A DNA stretch of 64,000 nucleotides, from assembly GCF_964213995.1 (NCBI RefSeq), contig NC_135808.1, positions 23,002,001 to 23,066,000 on the forward strand, read 5' to 3'. The notes under the pieces are model-generated. The model did not search any database and was not told the origin of the DNA. It saw only the letters and a list, made by a program, of their open reading frames with translations. Positions 10,901 through 24,085 of the stretch are shown piece after piece; position 1 is the first letter of the stretch; each line of letters starts with the position of its first letter. A program made the translations under genes and the position numbers. This DNA comes from Mustelus asterias (lineage: Eukaryota).

Positions 10901-13010
10901 CCAAATTGGGGGAATTATTTGATATTGAGGAGAAGTGTATTAAATTAATAGGACATGAATAAACTTGAACAAATAGTTGGTGAATAAAGTTCAGCACAGA
11001 TAAACGTGAAGTATTTTTCAGTTAATGATGAATAGGGAGGGTTGAGGAACAAAGGGATCTTGATGTACAAATACACCAATCAGTAAACATAGAGTTACAG
11101 GTTAGACAATAAACAAAATACAATCGAAAACCAGGGTTGATTTCTCGAGGGATAGAATTGTAAAGTAGGGATTTTATTGCTAAACCTGCATCAAACCTTG
11201 GTTAGACCACATTTAAAGACCGAGTGCAGTTCCGGTCACCATTTCATACAAAGGATATAGAGTCAGGGGAGAGAGTGTCGAGAAGATTTACAGAGATGAT
11301 TCCAGAAATGAGTGGGTGGACATCTCAGGAAAGGATTGACCGGCTGGGTCTCTGCTCTCGGGAAAACAGAAGGCTGAGGGTTGATTTAATCGAGGATTTA
11401 AAATTAGGGAAGTTTTTTTTATAGAGCGGACACATCGAGAGTGTTCCTCTTGTGGGAAGAGCATATCCAGTGGCCATCAATACAAGAAACCCAATGGGGA
11501 ATTCATGAGAAACCTCTTCACCCAAAGAGTGATGAGAATGTGGAGCTCGCTGCTACAGGGAGTGGCTGAACTGAACAGTATAGTTTAAGGGGAGGATAGA
11601 CAAGCAAATGAGGGAGAGGGGAATAGAGTTAAAATGGTCGAATTAGATGAGGAATAATGGGAGGAGCCTCAGGTGGAACATTAACACCAGCATCAATAGA
11701 TGGGCTGAAAGGCCATTTTCTATGTTGTATATCCTGTGTTTCCTGATTCACTCTCTCTCTGATTCACTCCCACATTTCTCTTTCTTTCTCTCTGATTCAC
11801 TCTCTGATTCTGTCTCTCTGATCTTTCTCTGTCTCTCATTCTCTCTCTTCCTCACTCTTAGTTGCTCATCCTCTCTCTCATTCTCTCCCACTCGCTCACA
11901 TTCTATTTCACTCTGATTCTCACTTTTCCCTCTCCCTGATTCACTCAGTCTCTCTGATTCTCTCTCTCTAACAGAACCAAAGTCTCGCTCCCAGGTTGCT
12001 GTTACTGTCGGGATTGTGGTCGGGGTCCTCGTGCTCATCGCTCTCATCATTGTGGCTGTCGTCATCTACAACAAGAAAGGTAGGAATTGGAGGGAAAAGA
12101 GCGGTGGGTGAACTGTAGTGGATCCAGGCAGTCCGGGAGGCTGGAATTGATTCGTGCCATGACTAGCCTTTCGAATCATTTCATAATGATGGATGTCAGA
12201 GCCACCGGATGACAGCTCACTGGGGGCAGGGATTCTGGGAGAGTATTCCAGGGTGGCGGTGGCTCAGGCTGTGGGTCTCAGGTTGGTGTGGGGGTGGGGA
12301 GGGGGTGGGTGGGCGGGTGGAAGAGTTGCAGGGTTGGGATAGGGACAGTAAGGGGCTCATGATAAAGGGGGAGTGTCTGAGAATTGTGGGAAGGGCCACA
12401 AATTGGATGAGGACTTCAGCGTATCAGTGAGGGCTCAGGTAACAGTGAGGGTCTAGGGACAGGAACCGGAGTGTGGGTCCAGGGTCAGCGTGTGAGTGAG
12501 GGTCCAGGGTCAGGGTGGGAGTGAGGGTCTCTGGTTGTGGTGGGAGTGAGGGTTCAGAGTTGTGTTGTAGGGGCTCAGTGCGAGTGAGAGTTCCAGCCTC
12601 TGTCTCTGATTTTCTCTCAGTCTCGTCTCTCACTGAGCATTCCATGTTTTACAGGGAGAGGGAAGAGCAACTACAATCCTGCAAATAGTAAGCTGATCAT
12701 CAAACATTGTCCCTGTGCAACTGTGTACATGATTGTTCATTCTGTTTCAAATATAGTGTGTGCGTGTGCGTGTGCGTGCATCGTGCGTTTCTGTGTGGGT
12801 GTGTGGGCTTCTGTGTGTCGCCGTTAGTATGGGTGTGTGAGAACCTCTTTCTCTGTGTCTGTCTGTCTATGTCTCTCTCATTCTCTCATTATCATATCCA
12901 CAGTCTCTGCCTCTGTCTCTCTGATGTTGAACAATGTTTTAACACCTCTTCTTCCTTTAACAGCTTCTGATGATGGGGATTCCTCATCCAGATCCTCCAC
13001 AAGTACCTGA
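7881..13010 (+). CDS. Non-classical MHC class I heavy chain gene A, intact; exons 7881-7944, 8245-8505, 8809-9081, 9634-9897, 11975-12079, 12655-12687, 12964-13010 (1047 nt, 348 aa; alternative in-frame ATG at 7896)
   Basis: All introns are GT-AG and phase 1. The spliced ORF gives leader, alpha1 GSHSLRYF...NQTG, alpha2 with C101/C164, Ig-C1 alpha3 ([10 protein letters not shown]...YSCRVEHS), TM and a tail with YNPA. Loss of Y59, R84, T143, K146 and W147 equivalents indicates non-classical. Confidence 0.93.
7945..8110. repeat. 63-bp tandem repeat starting at the intron-1 donor (also 25838-26000 and 44737-44830)
   Basis: gtgagtgatggg recurs at 7945, 8008 and 8071. Confidence 0.9.
8245..8505 (+). 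CDS. Gene A exon 2, MHC class I alpha1
   Basis: 261 nt, GSHSLRYFFTG...VDGVQFVVYDSD...NQTG; polypyrimidine acceptor. Confidence 0.95.
8809..9081 (+). CDS. Gene A exon 3, MHC class I alpha2
   Basis: 273 nt, HVCQIVTGCD...GWDGHD...ECIEWLRKYLEYG. Confidence 0.95.
9082..9570. repeat. About 25-bp G-rich minisatellite, gene A intron 3
   Basis: gtgagtgaggggggagtgagagtcg units. Confidence 0.95.
9634..9897 (+). CDS. Gene A exon 4, alpha3 Ig C1 domain
   Basis: 264 nt, C1-set motifs [13 protein letters not shown] and YSCRVEH. Confidence 0.95.
10470..11740 (+). mobile_element. Old degenerate CR1 in intron 4 (homologous at about 34320-35300)
   Basis: PQGSVLG and FADNTK remnants, LVRPH-like segment. Confidence 0.75.
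11975..12079 (+). CDS. Gene A exon 5, connecting peptide and transmembrane
   Basis: EPKSRSQVAVTVGIVVGVLVLIALIIVAVVIYNKK; AG/GT bounded, 105 nt. Confidence 0.92.
12655..12687 (+). CDS. Gene A exon 6, cytoplasmic (GRGKSNYNPAN)
   Basis: 33-nt phase-1 exon with a class I-type YxxA motif; conserved in gene B. Confidence 0.85.
12964..13010 (+). CDS. Gene A exon 7, Ser-rich cytoplasmic end and stop
   Basis: TSDDGDSSSRSSTST-stop; paralogous exon at 36921-36967. Confidence 0.8.
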
Positions 13011-13805
13011 GGTATGAACTGTGTTGATAAATATTGGGAGCTGATCCTTCTAACTGGGATATTCCCGCTGGATTTAGCTGTACAATCTGGTGGGTGGGCT
13101 GTGAGCTCAGTGTCTGTCTCTCACTCTATAGTCACTAAAGAGCAGCTCATCCAATCCAACACTGAGCTTTGAGACTGGCCTTCTGGAGACGGCTGTTCCT
13201 GTACAGTCTGAGGGTGGAGACATTGTGTGTTTTAACCTGTAGAGACATCCGGAAACATCTCACCCTGGACAGCCTCCTCTGAGCTGCTCAATTTCCTGAA
13301 GGAATTTGTAACTCCCAGACTTTTCCCTGAAGTTGGTCACTGAGCTGTGCCGCTCCCACAGGTTTTTATTTTAGTCGTGTTTTGTGATTTGTCTGATCAT
13401 TAGCTGGATGTTTGGGGTGTACAGTAGAGTTTAGGAGTTAAGCTGGTGATTGGTGGTCTGATGGGTTTAGCTGGTGTTTGGTGCTCTATTGGGTTTAGCT
13501 GGTGTTTGCGGCTCTGATGAGTTTAACTGATGTTAAGGAGTCTGATGGGTTTAGCTGGTGTTTGGGGATCTGATGGGTTTAGCTGGTGTTTGGGGGTCTG
13601 ATGGGTTTAACTGATGTTAAGGAGTCTGATGGGTTTAGCTGGTGTTTGGGGATCTGATGGGTTTAGCTGGTGTTTGGGGGTCTGATGGGTTTAACTGATG
13701 TTAAGGAGTCTGATGGGTTTTGCTGGTGTTTGGGTATCTGATGGGTTTTGCTGGTGTTTGGGGATCTGATGGGTTTTGCTGGTGTTTGGGGGTCTGATGG
13801 GTTTT

Positions 13806-15895
13806 AAGAAGAAAGAATAAAGAGCAATACAGCACAGGAACAGGCCCTTCGGCCCTCCAAGCCCGTGCCGCTCCCTGGTCCAAACTCGACCATTCTTTTC
13901 TATCCCTCCATTCCCACTCCGTTCATATGGCTATCTAGATAAGTCTTAAACATTCCCAGTGTGTCCGCCTCCACCACCTTGCCTGGCAGCGCATTCCAGG
14001 CCCCCACCACCCTCTGTGTAAAATATGTCCTTCTGATATCTGTGTTAAACCTCCCCCCCTGCCTTCACCTTGAACCTATAACCCCTCGTGAACGTCACCA
14101 CCGACCTGGGGAAAAGCTTCCCACCGTTCACCCTATCTATGCCTTTCATAATTTTATACACCTCTATTAAGTCTCCCCTCATCCTCCGTCTTTCCAGGGA
14201 GAACAACCCCAGTTTACCCAATCTCTCCTCATAACTAAGCCCCTCCATACCAGGCAACATCCTGGTAAACCTCCTCTGCAGGCTCTCCAAAGCCTCCACG
14301 TCCTTCTGGTAGTGTAGTGTGGCGACCAGAACGGGACGCAGTATTCCAAATGTGGCCGAACCAACGTTCTATACATCTGCAACATCAGACGCCAACTTTT
14401 ATACTCTATGCCCCGTCCTATAAAGGCAAGCATGCCATATGCCTTCTTCACCACCTTCTCCACCTGTGACGTCACCTTCAAGGATCTGTGGACTTGCACA
14501 CCCAGGTCCCTCTGCGTATCTACACCCTTTATGGTTCTGCCATTTATCGTATAGCTCCTCCCTACATTATTTCTACCAAAATGCGTCACTTCGCATTCAT
14601 CAGGATTGAACTCCATCTGCCATTTCTTGGCCCAAATTTCCAGCCTATCTATATCCTTCTGTTGCTTCTGACAATGCTCCTCACTATCTGCAAGTCCTGC
14701 CAACTTTGTGTCGTCCGCAAACTTACTGATCACCCCAGTTACACCTTCTTCCAGATCGTTTATATAAATCACAAACAGCAGAGGTCCCAATACAGAGCCC
14801 TGCCGAACACCACTAGTCACAGGCCTCCAGCCAGAAAAAGACCCTTCCACTACCACCCTCTGTCTTCTGTGACCAAGCCAGTTCTCCACCCATCTAGCCA
14901 CCGCCCCCTTTATCCCATGAGATCCAACCTTTTTCACCAGCCTATCATGAGGGATTTTTTAAAACGCTTTACTAAAGTCCATATAGACCACATCCACGGC
15001 CCTTCCCTCGTCAACCATTCTGGTCACTCCTTCAAAAAACTCCACCAGGTTAGTGAGGCATGACCTCCCTCTCACAAAACCATGCTGACTATCATTAATG
15101 AGTTTATTCCTTTCTAAATGCGCATACATACTATCTCTAAGAATCTTCTCCAACAACTTCCCCACCACGGACGTCAAGCTCACCGGCCTATAGTTACCCG
15201 AGTTATCCTTCCTACCCTTCTTAAATAATGGGACCACATTAGCTATCCTCCAATCCTCTGGGACCTCACCTGCGTCCAGTGACGAGACAAAGATTTTCGT
15301 CAGAGGCCCAGCGATTTCATCTCTTGTCTCCCTGAGCAGCCTTGGATAGATTCCATCAGGCCCTGGGGATTTGTCTGTCTTTATATTCTCCAACAAACCT
15401 CACACTTCCTCCCTTATAATGGAGATTTTCTCTAACGGTTCAACATTCCGCTCCGAGACACTCCCAGTCAACACATCCCTCTCCTTTGTGAATACCGACG
15501 CAAAGTATTCATTTAGGATCTCCCCTACTTCTTTGGGCTCCAAGCATAATTCCCCACTTTTGTCCCTGAGAGGTCCGATTTTTTTCCTGACAACCCTTTT
15601 GTTCCTAACGTATGAATAAAATGCCTTGGGATTCTCCTTAATCCTGTCTGCCAAGGACATTTCGTGACCCCTTTTTGCCCTTATAATTCCCCGTTTGAGT
15701 TCTTTCCTACTTTCTTTGTACTCCTCCAGAGCTCCCTCCGTTTTTAGCTACCTGGACCTAACATACGCCTCTCTTTTCTTTTTGACCAGTCCCTCAATTT
15801 CCCTGGTTATCCACGGTTCTCGAATCCTACCCTTCCTATCCTTTTTTACAGGCACATGCCTGTCCTGTAGCCCTAACAACTGTTCCTTAAAAGAC
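13806..15895 (-). mobile_element. CR1-type LINE, about 2.1 kb, relatively young
   Basis: KSPGPDGIYPR, NYRPVSLTS, QHGF, DFSKAF, QGSVLGPLLF and FADDTK motifs. Confidence 0.95.
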
Positions 15896-16325
15896 TGGTG
15901 TTTGGGGCTCCGATGGGTTTTGCTGGTGTTTGGGGGTCAGATGGATTTTGCTGGTGTTTGGGGTCTGATGGGATTGGCTGGTGTTTGGGGCTCTGATGGT
16001 TTTTGCTGGTGTTTGGAATTATGATGGGTTTAACTGGTGTTTGGGGCTCTGATGGGTTCAGCGGGTGTTTGGGGCTCTGATGGGTTTAGCTGGTGTTTGG
16101 GGCTCTGATGGGTTTAGCTGGTGTTTGGGGATCTGATGGGTTTTGCTGGTGTTTGGGGCTGTGATGGGTTTAGCTGGTGTTTGGGGCTCTGATGGGTTTA
16201 GCTGGTGTTTGGGGGTCTGATGGGTTTTGCTGGTGTTTGGGGCTCTTGTGCGTTTAGCTGGTGTTTTGGGGGTTTGATGGGTTTTGCTGGTGTTTGGGGG
16301 TCTGATGGGTTTTGCTGGTGTTTGT

Positions 16326-17242
16326 GGTCACAGAGTCATAGAGGTTTACAGCATGGAAACAGGCCCTTCGGTCCAACTTGTCCATGCAGCCCTTATATTT
16401 TTTTAAACACCCCGAAACTAATCCCAATTGCCCGCATTTGGCCCATATCCCTCTATGCGCATCGTACCCATGTAACTATCTAAATGCTTTTTAAAATATA
16501 AAATTGGACCCGCCTCTACTACTATCTCTGGCAGCTTGTTCCAGACACTCCCTATCCTCTGTGTGAAAAAATTGCACCTCCTGGACACTTTTATATCTCT
16601 CCCCTCTCACCTTAAACCTATGCCCTCGAGTTTTAGACTCCCCGACCTTTGGGAAAAGATATTGCCTCTCTACCTTGTCTATGCCCCTCATTATTTTATA
16701 GACCTCTATAAGGTCACCCCTTAGCCTCCTACACTCCAGAGAAAAAAGTCCCAGTCTATTCAGCCCCTCCTCATAACTCAATCCATCAAGTCCCGGTACC
16801 ATCCTAGTAAATCTTTTCGGCACTCTTTCTAGTTTAATAATATCCTTTCTATAATAGGGTCACCAGAATTGCATACAGCATTCCAAGTGTGGCCTTACCA
16901 ATTCCTTGTACAACTTCAACAAGACGTCCCAACTCCGTATTCAATGTTCTGACCAATGAAACCAAGCATGCCGAACGCCTTCTTCACCACTCTGTCCACC
17001 TGTGACTCCACTTTCAAGGAGCTATGAACATGTACCCCTAGATCTCTTTGTTCTGTAACTCTCCCCAATGCCCGACCATTAACTGAGTAACTGCTGCCCT
17101 GGTTCAATCTACCAAAATGCATCACCTCGCAGTTGTCTAAATTAAACTCCATCTGCCATTTGTCAGCCCACTGGCCCAATTGATCAAGATCCCGCTGCAA
17201 TTGGAGATAACCTTCCTCACTGTCCACCATGCCACCAATCTT
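16326..17242 (-). mobile_element. CR1-type LINE 3' fragment
   Basis: LQRDLDQLGQWADKWQMEFN; same family as 29560-30740. Confidence 0.9.
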
Positions 17243-18004
17243 GGTCTGATGGGTTTTGCTAGTGTTTGGGGTCTGCTGGGTTTAGCTGGTGTTTGGAGGT
17301 CTGATGGAATTTGCTGCTGGTGTGTGGTTGGAATGTTGAAGGATAGAATATTTATGACTGAGAGCGAGGCCATTCAGCCCATCATATCCCTTCCTGTTCA
17401 TGAAGAACTCTCCTGCTTAATCTCACCTCCTGTACTCGATCTGTAGCTCTGTCGATCACAGCTCTTCATATCGACGTCCAAGAATTGATTCAATGTGGTG
17501 AGAGTTTCTGCCTGTACCATCCTTTCAGACAGTGCTTCAGCTGTCGTCTGTCTGGTGTTGTTACAATTCTAGCAAAGCCATTCTGCTGTCTGTCTCAACT
17601 GATGAAAGAAAAGCATGTTATGTACCTTCTTTACCATGTAATTAACATGTCCTGAAAACTTTCCCAATCTGTGGACATGCACTCCTGGATCCCTCTGTTC
17701 CTCCACATTACTCATTATCCTCCCAGTTATTAGGGATTCCCTTTGCCTTGTTCATCCTCCCGAAATCCATCACGCCTCACTGCTCCGGACTGAATTCCAT
17801 TTTCCAATGTTCTTCCCAACTGCCCAGGCCATCTCTATCTTCCTGCAATCTGAAGCTTTCCTCTTCACTGACACCCACACAGATAATATTTGTACCTCTG
17901 TAAACTTCTTTATCATTCCTGCTGCATTTGAATCTAAATGATTCACATGAACTACAAAAAGTGAGGGTGTGAGTGCTGGGTTCTGTGGAACCCCCACTGG
18001 TAAC

Positions 18005-18140
18005 AAGAAGTCTTGTTTAGGTCTGAGAAGTCTCACAACATCAGGTTAACATCCAATTCGGAATCACGAGCTTTCGGAGAACTGCTCCTTCGTCAGATGA
18101 GTGATGGTCAGTCCAACGCCGGCATCTCCACATCATGGAC
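18005..18140. mobile_element. Short Penelope terminal-repeat remnant in inverted arrangement
   Basis: Minus-strand terminal sequence followed by plus-strand gtccaacgccggcatctccacatcat; empty site in the paralog at about 38810. Confidence 0.75.
18064..18100 (-). ncRNA. Minimal hammerhead ribozyme (Penelope remnant)
   Basis: Reverse strand reads tcat-CTGACGA-aggagcagttctcc-GAAA-gcTC-gtga; one stem II mismatch. Confidence 0.65.
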
Positions 18141-21100
18141 ATCATTCTAGTCGCAATCAACCCCTTACCCCTTTGCTTCCTGCCACTGAGCTAATTTGGG
18201 GTCTGATTTGTCAATGTCTCTTGGATCTCGATGAGTTTTACATTTCTGACCAGCCTGCCATGTGGGACCTTGTCCAAAGCATTATTAAAATGCATGTTGA
18301 CCTTGTCCACCTCACTGCCCTCATCAACCCTCCTTCTCACCTCTTCCAAATTTTCAGTCAGAAAGCTTGAGATGAGCTCCCCTTAAATCCACGCTAACTT
18401 TCCTCGACTAATCTGTGCCTTTCTCAATGAAGGTTTGTACCGTTCCTCATAATTGGTTCCAACAATGTTCCCACTGCCGAAGTTACACTAACTGGTGTAT
18501 AATTACTCAGATTGCCCCTTCTCTTTTCAATCCATGGTATAATGTTGGCAGTCATTTAATCTTCTTCCACACTCCTGCAGCCCGGGAGGAATGATTCTGA
18601 TGATCAGAGCCTCTGCAATTCCCTCCTTTGCTTCTTTTAACCCGGTGATTTACCATCTTTCAAAGTTATAAAATCCCTGAATACATCATCTCTTACAATG
18701 TTTATCTGATGCAGTAATTCACACACTTCTTCTTTAAGTGCAATGTCAGCATTGCTCCCTGTTTCCCAAAGACAGTGGCAATGTATTTATTCACAACCTC
18801 AACACGTTCTCCCTCCTCTCTCACAGACTATCTTATTGGTCTCCACCAGGCCTTACTCTTTCCTTATCCTTTTCTCTTCAGGGACTGATAGAACATCCTT
18901 GGAGGTTCCTTGATTTTTCTTGCCAGTATTTTGTCGTGCCCCCTCTCCTTTCCCAGTATTCCTCTCTCAGTATCTCTTCCAGGTTTCTGCATTATTAGGC
19001 GTGAGGGGTCTGATGGATTTTGCTGCTGTTTTTTGTGGAGGTCTGATGGGTTTTGTTGGGTGTGTTCCAGCTCTGCTGGCTTTGCCTCAGTTTTTCTTTC
19101 TCATCCCCAGTGCCCTCCAGTGCATTCCAGGGTTTGTAATCCAGGAACACCAGTTCCCAAGAACAGCAGCAGGAGAGGATGAGAGAATGAGGGAAGATGT
19201 GATTTCATCAAGGTGACAGCGACCGACTGATTCAAGCTCCACATTTGTGATTCCGTTTAAATGGAACTGTGATGATGGTTTGGAAGTAATTGCTATATCT
19301 GGAGCTGCACTTTCTGAGCTATTCCGATCTGAGCTGTTTGTTCTGCACAGACACAAGAGGGCGATCTTATGAAAAAAAATTCTCTGTCCAGAAAGAGCAT
19401 GAAAGCGGGAGAGTTTCTGACCCGTCTTTCAGGCGAATCCAAATCTACGATCTTATGCACTTGTTTCTCACCCTTGTAGGGGGGAGGGGGCAGGTCTTAA
19501 ATAACCAGAATGCTGCCTGAAAGCAGCAGAGGACACCATTGCGCATGTGCAGGTCCCTCTGCTCTGAGCGACAGAGAGACCTGTCACTCAGCCTCTGCTG
19601 CTTTCACCAGACCTCCATAGCCTAAACACGGACCTCCCCAGCTGCCTAATGCAACCCTTGATGGTCGGACCAATTGACCCCGCGACACCCTACATGCCCG
19701 GACAGACAAAACCGCGCCTCTGGGACAGATTGAACCCCGTGACCCCCCTCCCCCCCCCCAATTCGGACCAACTTTCCCTGTCCATCCCACCACCGATCGC
19801 AATGCAGTAGCCCCCGCTACTTCTCTCACTGATGGCAAATACTTAGTGGCAGTAGCCCCCCCACACCCCAAATTGCAAATGCATAGCGTGCAGCGCCCCG
19901 CCCCCCCCGCCCCCATCACAGGTTGGTCCCACCCCAGTAGAGCCCCCCTCCAAATAATCAGGCTCCACACCCTTCCCACTCCCACTGTCTGGTGGGCACT
20001 TCCAAGATACCAGGCTGGCACAGTCCGCAAGGCACTCCCCCCAACCTCTCGGGGTGGCTTCAATGGCATCTGGATCCACGAGCGAGGCATCAGGTCTGGT
20101 CCCTGTTGTGATTCTCGCTGGAGTGAACCTCTCCCGTGAGGCCACAGAGACGAGAGCCCAGATGATTGCGCCGCGGGCTCGCTCATTTTGTTCATAACAG
20201 GTTTTAAATGTACTCAAGTATTTGATTCAGCCTCGCGCCGCAATGTGTGAGAAATCGGGTGCGAATCTCATATGTATTGAACTCATGAATTCCAATATCT
20301 TCTGCCCTTTCCTGATTTTTTCTTTTAATGTCTGTTATTCATTAGTGAGTGTGTTTATGTCACATCCCCTCTTCCCAAGCACTCTGTCTGGGGAAATAAC
20401 AAACATCATTGAAATATCAGAGCCTTTGTATCAAACTGTCACCGCGATCTGACATTTGGAGCTGCAGATAAGTTTCCAATTCTTGTCACTGTTGGAAATA
20501 TAGTTACACTTTGCAATATTGGACACAATTGTTACCTGTGTGTGTGTGTTTTATTAAAACAACAGAAAAGGTTTATTCTGCTTGGAGCTGAATGGGTTAA
20601 TTCTAAATTAGAACACGTTCGGTGAAGAAATTCATTGTCACCGCGATTTTAAAAAGAGACTGGGTTACAATGTTCTCAGAGTAATGGCGGTTTCAGCAGA
20701 ACAAAGATATTTCTTCATGTCTTGTGGATTCACCATTTCAAACTGGATACTTCCGAATAAAAACCTTGGAGAAAAATGGATTAGAAGATAACGTGCCAAA
20801 TGTTCCCCAGGGTGATTTTTATGAAGATTTTAAACACAAGAATAATCCATGAGCAATCGCCTTAAATTCAGCTCCTGAATTTGAAGTTACACCATCAAAG
20901 CTTAAAAAAAACGACCCCACTCTGACAGATGTGAATTTGTATCTGGATTAGAAATCCCGCATGTTTCACCCGTTTCAACAGAGTTTCATTGTAGCGGCAA
21001 CAAGCTCCCAGTTTAAAAACTTTTAAACTGTTCTCCCCCTTTAGACCTAACCATTTTCAGGAAAAAACATCAGAGTTGGAGCTGGTCTGAAGGAACAGCA

Positions 21101-22872
21101 ATGCAGAGCATTCACACAGCCTTTCCTCATTCACTGACAGGGAGTTTACACGCACACATCTGTACACACAATTCTTTCTCACATCACTTCAAGTTTCACT
21201 CTGGATCTTTTCAACATTAAAAACGTGTCTTTAAAAAGGGGGTAAAATAAATTCCATCACATCTTCTTTCTTCACTCATGTCTGTTGTTGAAATTAAGGG
21301 AAAACCGCGTTTCACAAATAACAGAAAAGGAAACATTGAAGATTGTTACATTGAAACAACAGAGGGCGGAATTTCCAACAGACTGTGTTTCAATTCCAAA
21401 ACTTATACAAACATCTTCAACTTGAAAATTATCATACAATGGGCTAAATAGCCTCTGTCAACACCAGAACAATTCTGTAACTCCAAATGTCAAGGTGAGA
21501 TAGTTAGCTTCACGAATGTTAGAGATGGCCATTGTCTGGCACTTGTGGGTGTGAATGTAATCTTCCACATATCAGCCAAAGCCTGAATTTTGTTCACCTC
21601 TTACATCACATAGAATCCACAGAATTCCTACAGTGCAGAAGGAGGCCATTTAGCTCATCACCTCCATGTTGATTCTCCAAAAGTGCATCTTATCCAAACT
21701 GACAGTTAGCTAAGGCTGTAATCGAATCTGGGTCCTTGGTGCTGTGAGGCAGCAGCGCTAACTACTGTGCCACCGTGTCACCCACATGGACACAGGTTGT
21801 TTCACATCCTTTAGATCTGTGCACAGAATGGAGGAATATTCATAAAGTAAAAGGAACAGTTGTTTGTTTACAAGTCAGAATATCTCTGACCATAAACAAC
21901 CCAGTTGTTCACACAGTATTTTAAACTTTACTGTGAGTTTCTTTAATTTCTTTTTTCTCATCTGCTTCTGATATTCCACCAACCAGACATCAACAGCCCA
22001 TTTCTGAGAAGCAGCGAGATCCATTTCTTCATCCTGATTCAATAATCTAATCTTTGGTCTCACATCTCCGTGATCTCTCACTATTCGTTTCTTCCTGTCG
22101 ACTTTCTCCCAAACATTCCAATTTCCCGACTCTGATCCAAGCATCAAATCTCTAAATACTGTTTCTTTGTGCACCATTTTACCTTTCAATTTAACTCTGC
22201 CCGATCAACTCTTCACTTTTTCAAATCAATTCATTCCCGAACAAACATAGTAACCTTTCAAACAGGACTGGACAGCCTGCTCACCTTTTCCTCATAAAAC
22301 AAATCCCAATCATTCCAAATAAACATTCTCTGTACATCTGCCAGAAAAACACTGACACAAATTACAGGTGTGGTGTTAACAATGGTGTGTACATTTGTCA
22401 CAAGGCTGATTTATTCTGTTCTGTAATCCCTTTACAATAAAGACCAAAGTACCATTTGCTTTCATGGTTGTGCACATTGCTGCCTCACAGCACCAGGGAC
22501 CCGGGTCCAATCCGGGTTTGCATGACTCTATGTGGAGTTTGCACATTCTCCCTCTATGATTCTACCTGGAGGAGTTTCTGTGTTTCTTGTAGACTGCATA
22601 CAAGTGTCTCATTTTCAAAGAAGTGTTCTACTTTTCCATCCTTGCTCGCAAAGTTGAATAGCCCCCACAGCTGTGTCCTCTGCCACATACAAGCAGTTTG
22701 AGTGCTTTCCAACTGTGTGAAACAGGAAGCCACATTTCAACTCAAAGACACAGTCATTATGCCATGTGCATTCACTGTACCCACAGACAAAACTGTTTGA
22801 CTTCATTTCACCTGAATTAATAAGTAAATACATGTGCCCTGGTGTCAGAAATACCCTGACACAGAATCAGTT

Positions 22873-23175
22873 ATGGGCAGCACGATGGCAAGTGGTTAGC
22901 ACTGCTGCCTCATTGCACAAGGGCCCCGGATTCAATGCCGGCTTCGGGTCACTGTCTGTGCGGAGTTTGCATGTTCTCCCCGTATCTGCGTGTATTTCCT
23001 CCGGGTGCTCCGGTTTCCTCCCACAGTCTGAAAGACGTGCTGCTCAGGTGCATTGGCCATGCTAAATTCTCCCTCAGTGTACCCGAACATGCACCGCAGT
23101 GTGGCAACTAGGGGATTTTCACTGTAACTTCATTGCAGTGTTAATGTAAGCGTACTTGTGACTAATAAATAACTT
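22873..23175 (+). mobile_element. tRNA-derived SINE (HE1-like)
   Basis: gggcagcacgatggcaagtggttagcactgctgcctca A-box head, ggattcaatgcc B-box-like. Confidence 0.8.
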
Positions 23176-24085
23176 TAAAATAAATTTTAAAAAACATTTC
23201 AAATCTGCAGATATTTCAACAGATCAGAGAGGCTGAGTGTGAGATTAATACTGTGCTTGTCTCCGAAACAATATCACAAAGAGATGAGACTGCCTCTTCG
23301 ATAGAACTTTTTTAGGTAAGAAACAGCCTTTACAAGGTTTCCTGGAACCAATACTTTGTTTGATAATCTGTGCCTCACAGCCAAGACTCACTCTGACTCT
23401 GTCTCTCACTCTGCCCTCTCTTTATTTCTCCCTTGCGCGGTGGAGCAAAGTGGGACACTCTCAGTGAAGGCTGGACTCGCTTCAATGTACAGGTCTACTG
23501 GCAGGCTGGTTTAGCAAAGTGACATCCGTACGGACCAGTAGGAATGCGCAGAAGGCCATATTGTGTTGGCAGGAGACACAGTGTGGCCCCCACATCCACC
23601 CACATTACACTCCATCTGCCACCTTGCAGCCCATTTGATTAACTTCTCCACATCACTTTGCAGCTCTCTCCATGTCCTCCATACAGTTTGCGTTTCATAG
23701 AAACAGAGAGAAGAGAAACAGGAGTAGGACATTCGGCCCTTCAATCCTGCTCTGCCATTCATTATTATCATGGCTGATCTTCCAACTTAATAGCCTGATC
23801 CAGTCTCCCCCATTGATCCCCTTCACCCCTCCTTCTTGAAAATAAACAATGTTTTGGCCTCAATTGCTTGTTGTGGTAATGAATTCCACAGGCTTACCGC
23901 TATCTGGGTGAAGATATTTCTCTTCATCTCAGTCCTCAATGGTTTACCCTTTATCTTTAGAGGACAACCCATGGTTCTGGACTCCCCCACCATCCTTCCT
24001 GCACCTGCTCTGTCTCTTTCTGTTACAATTTTATAGGTTTCTATGAGATGCCCCTCATTCTTCTAAACTCTAACAAATACAAGCC

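Larger units (their letters stand above)
13430..17320. repeat. 27-28-bp minisatellite downstream of gene A, split by two CR1 insertions (segments 13430-13805, 15896-16325, 17243-17320)
   Basis: ctgatgggtttagctggtgtttgggggt units; uninterrupted counterpart at 37385-37795. Confidence 0.9.
17350..18980 (-). mobile_element. Old degenerate CR1 (homologous at about 37830-39640)
   Basis: VGVPQNPALTPSLFVVHVNHLD remnant. Confidence 0.7.

Noticed and set aside
22873-22950. tRNA-like A/B boxes at SINE heads
   Set aside because: SINE-derived, no complete cloverleaf; not tRNA genes
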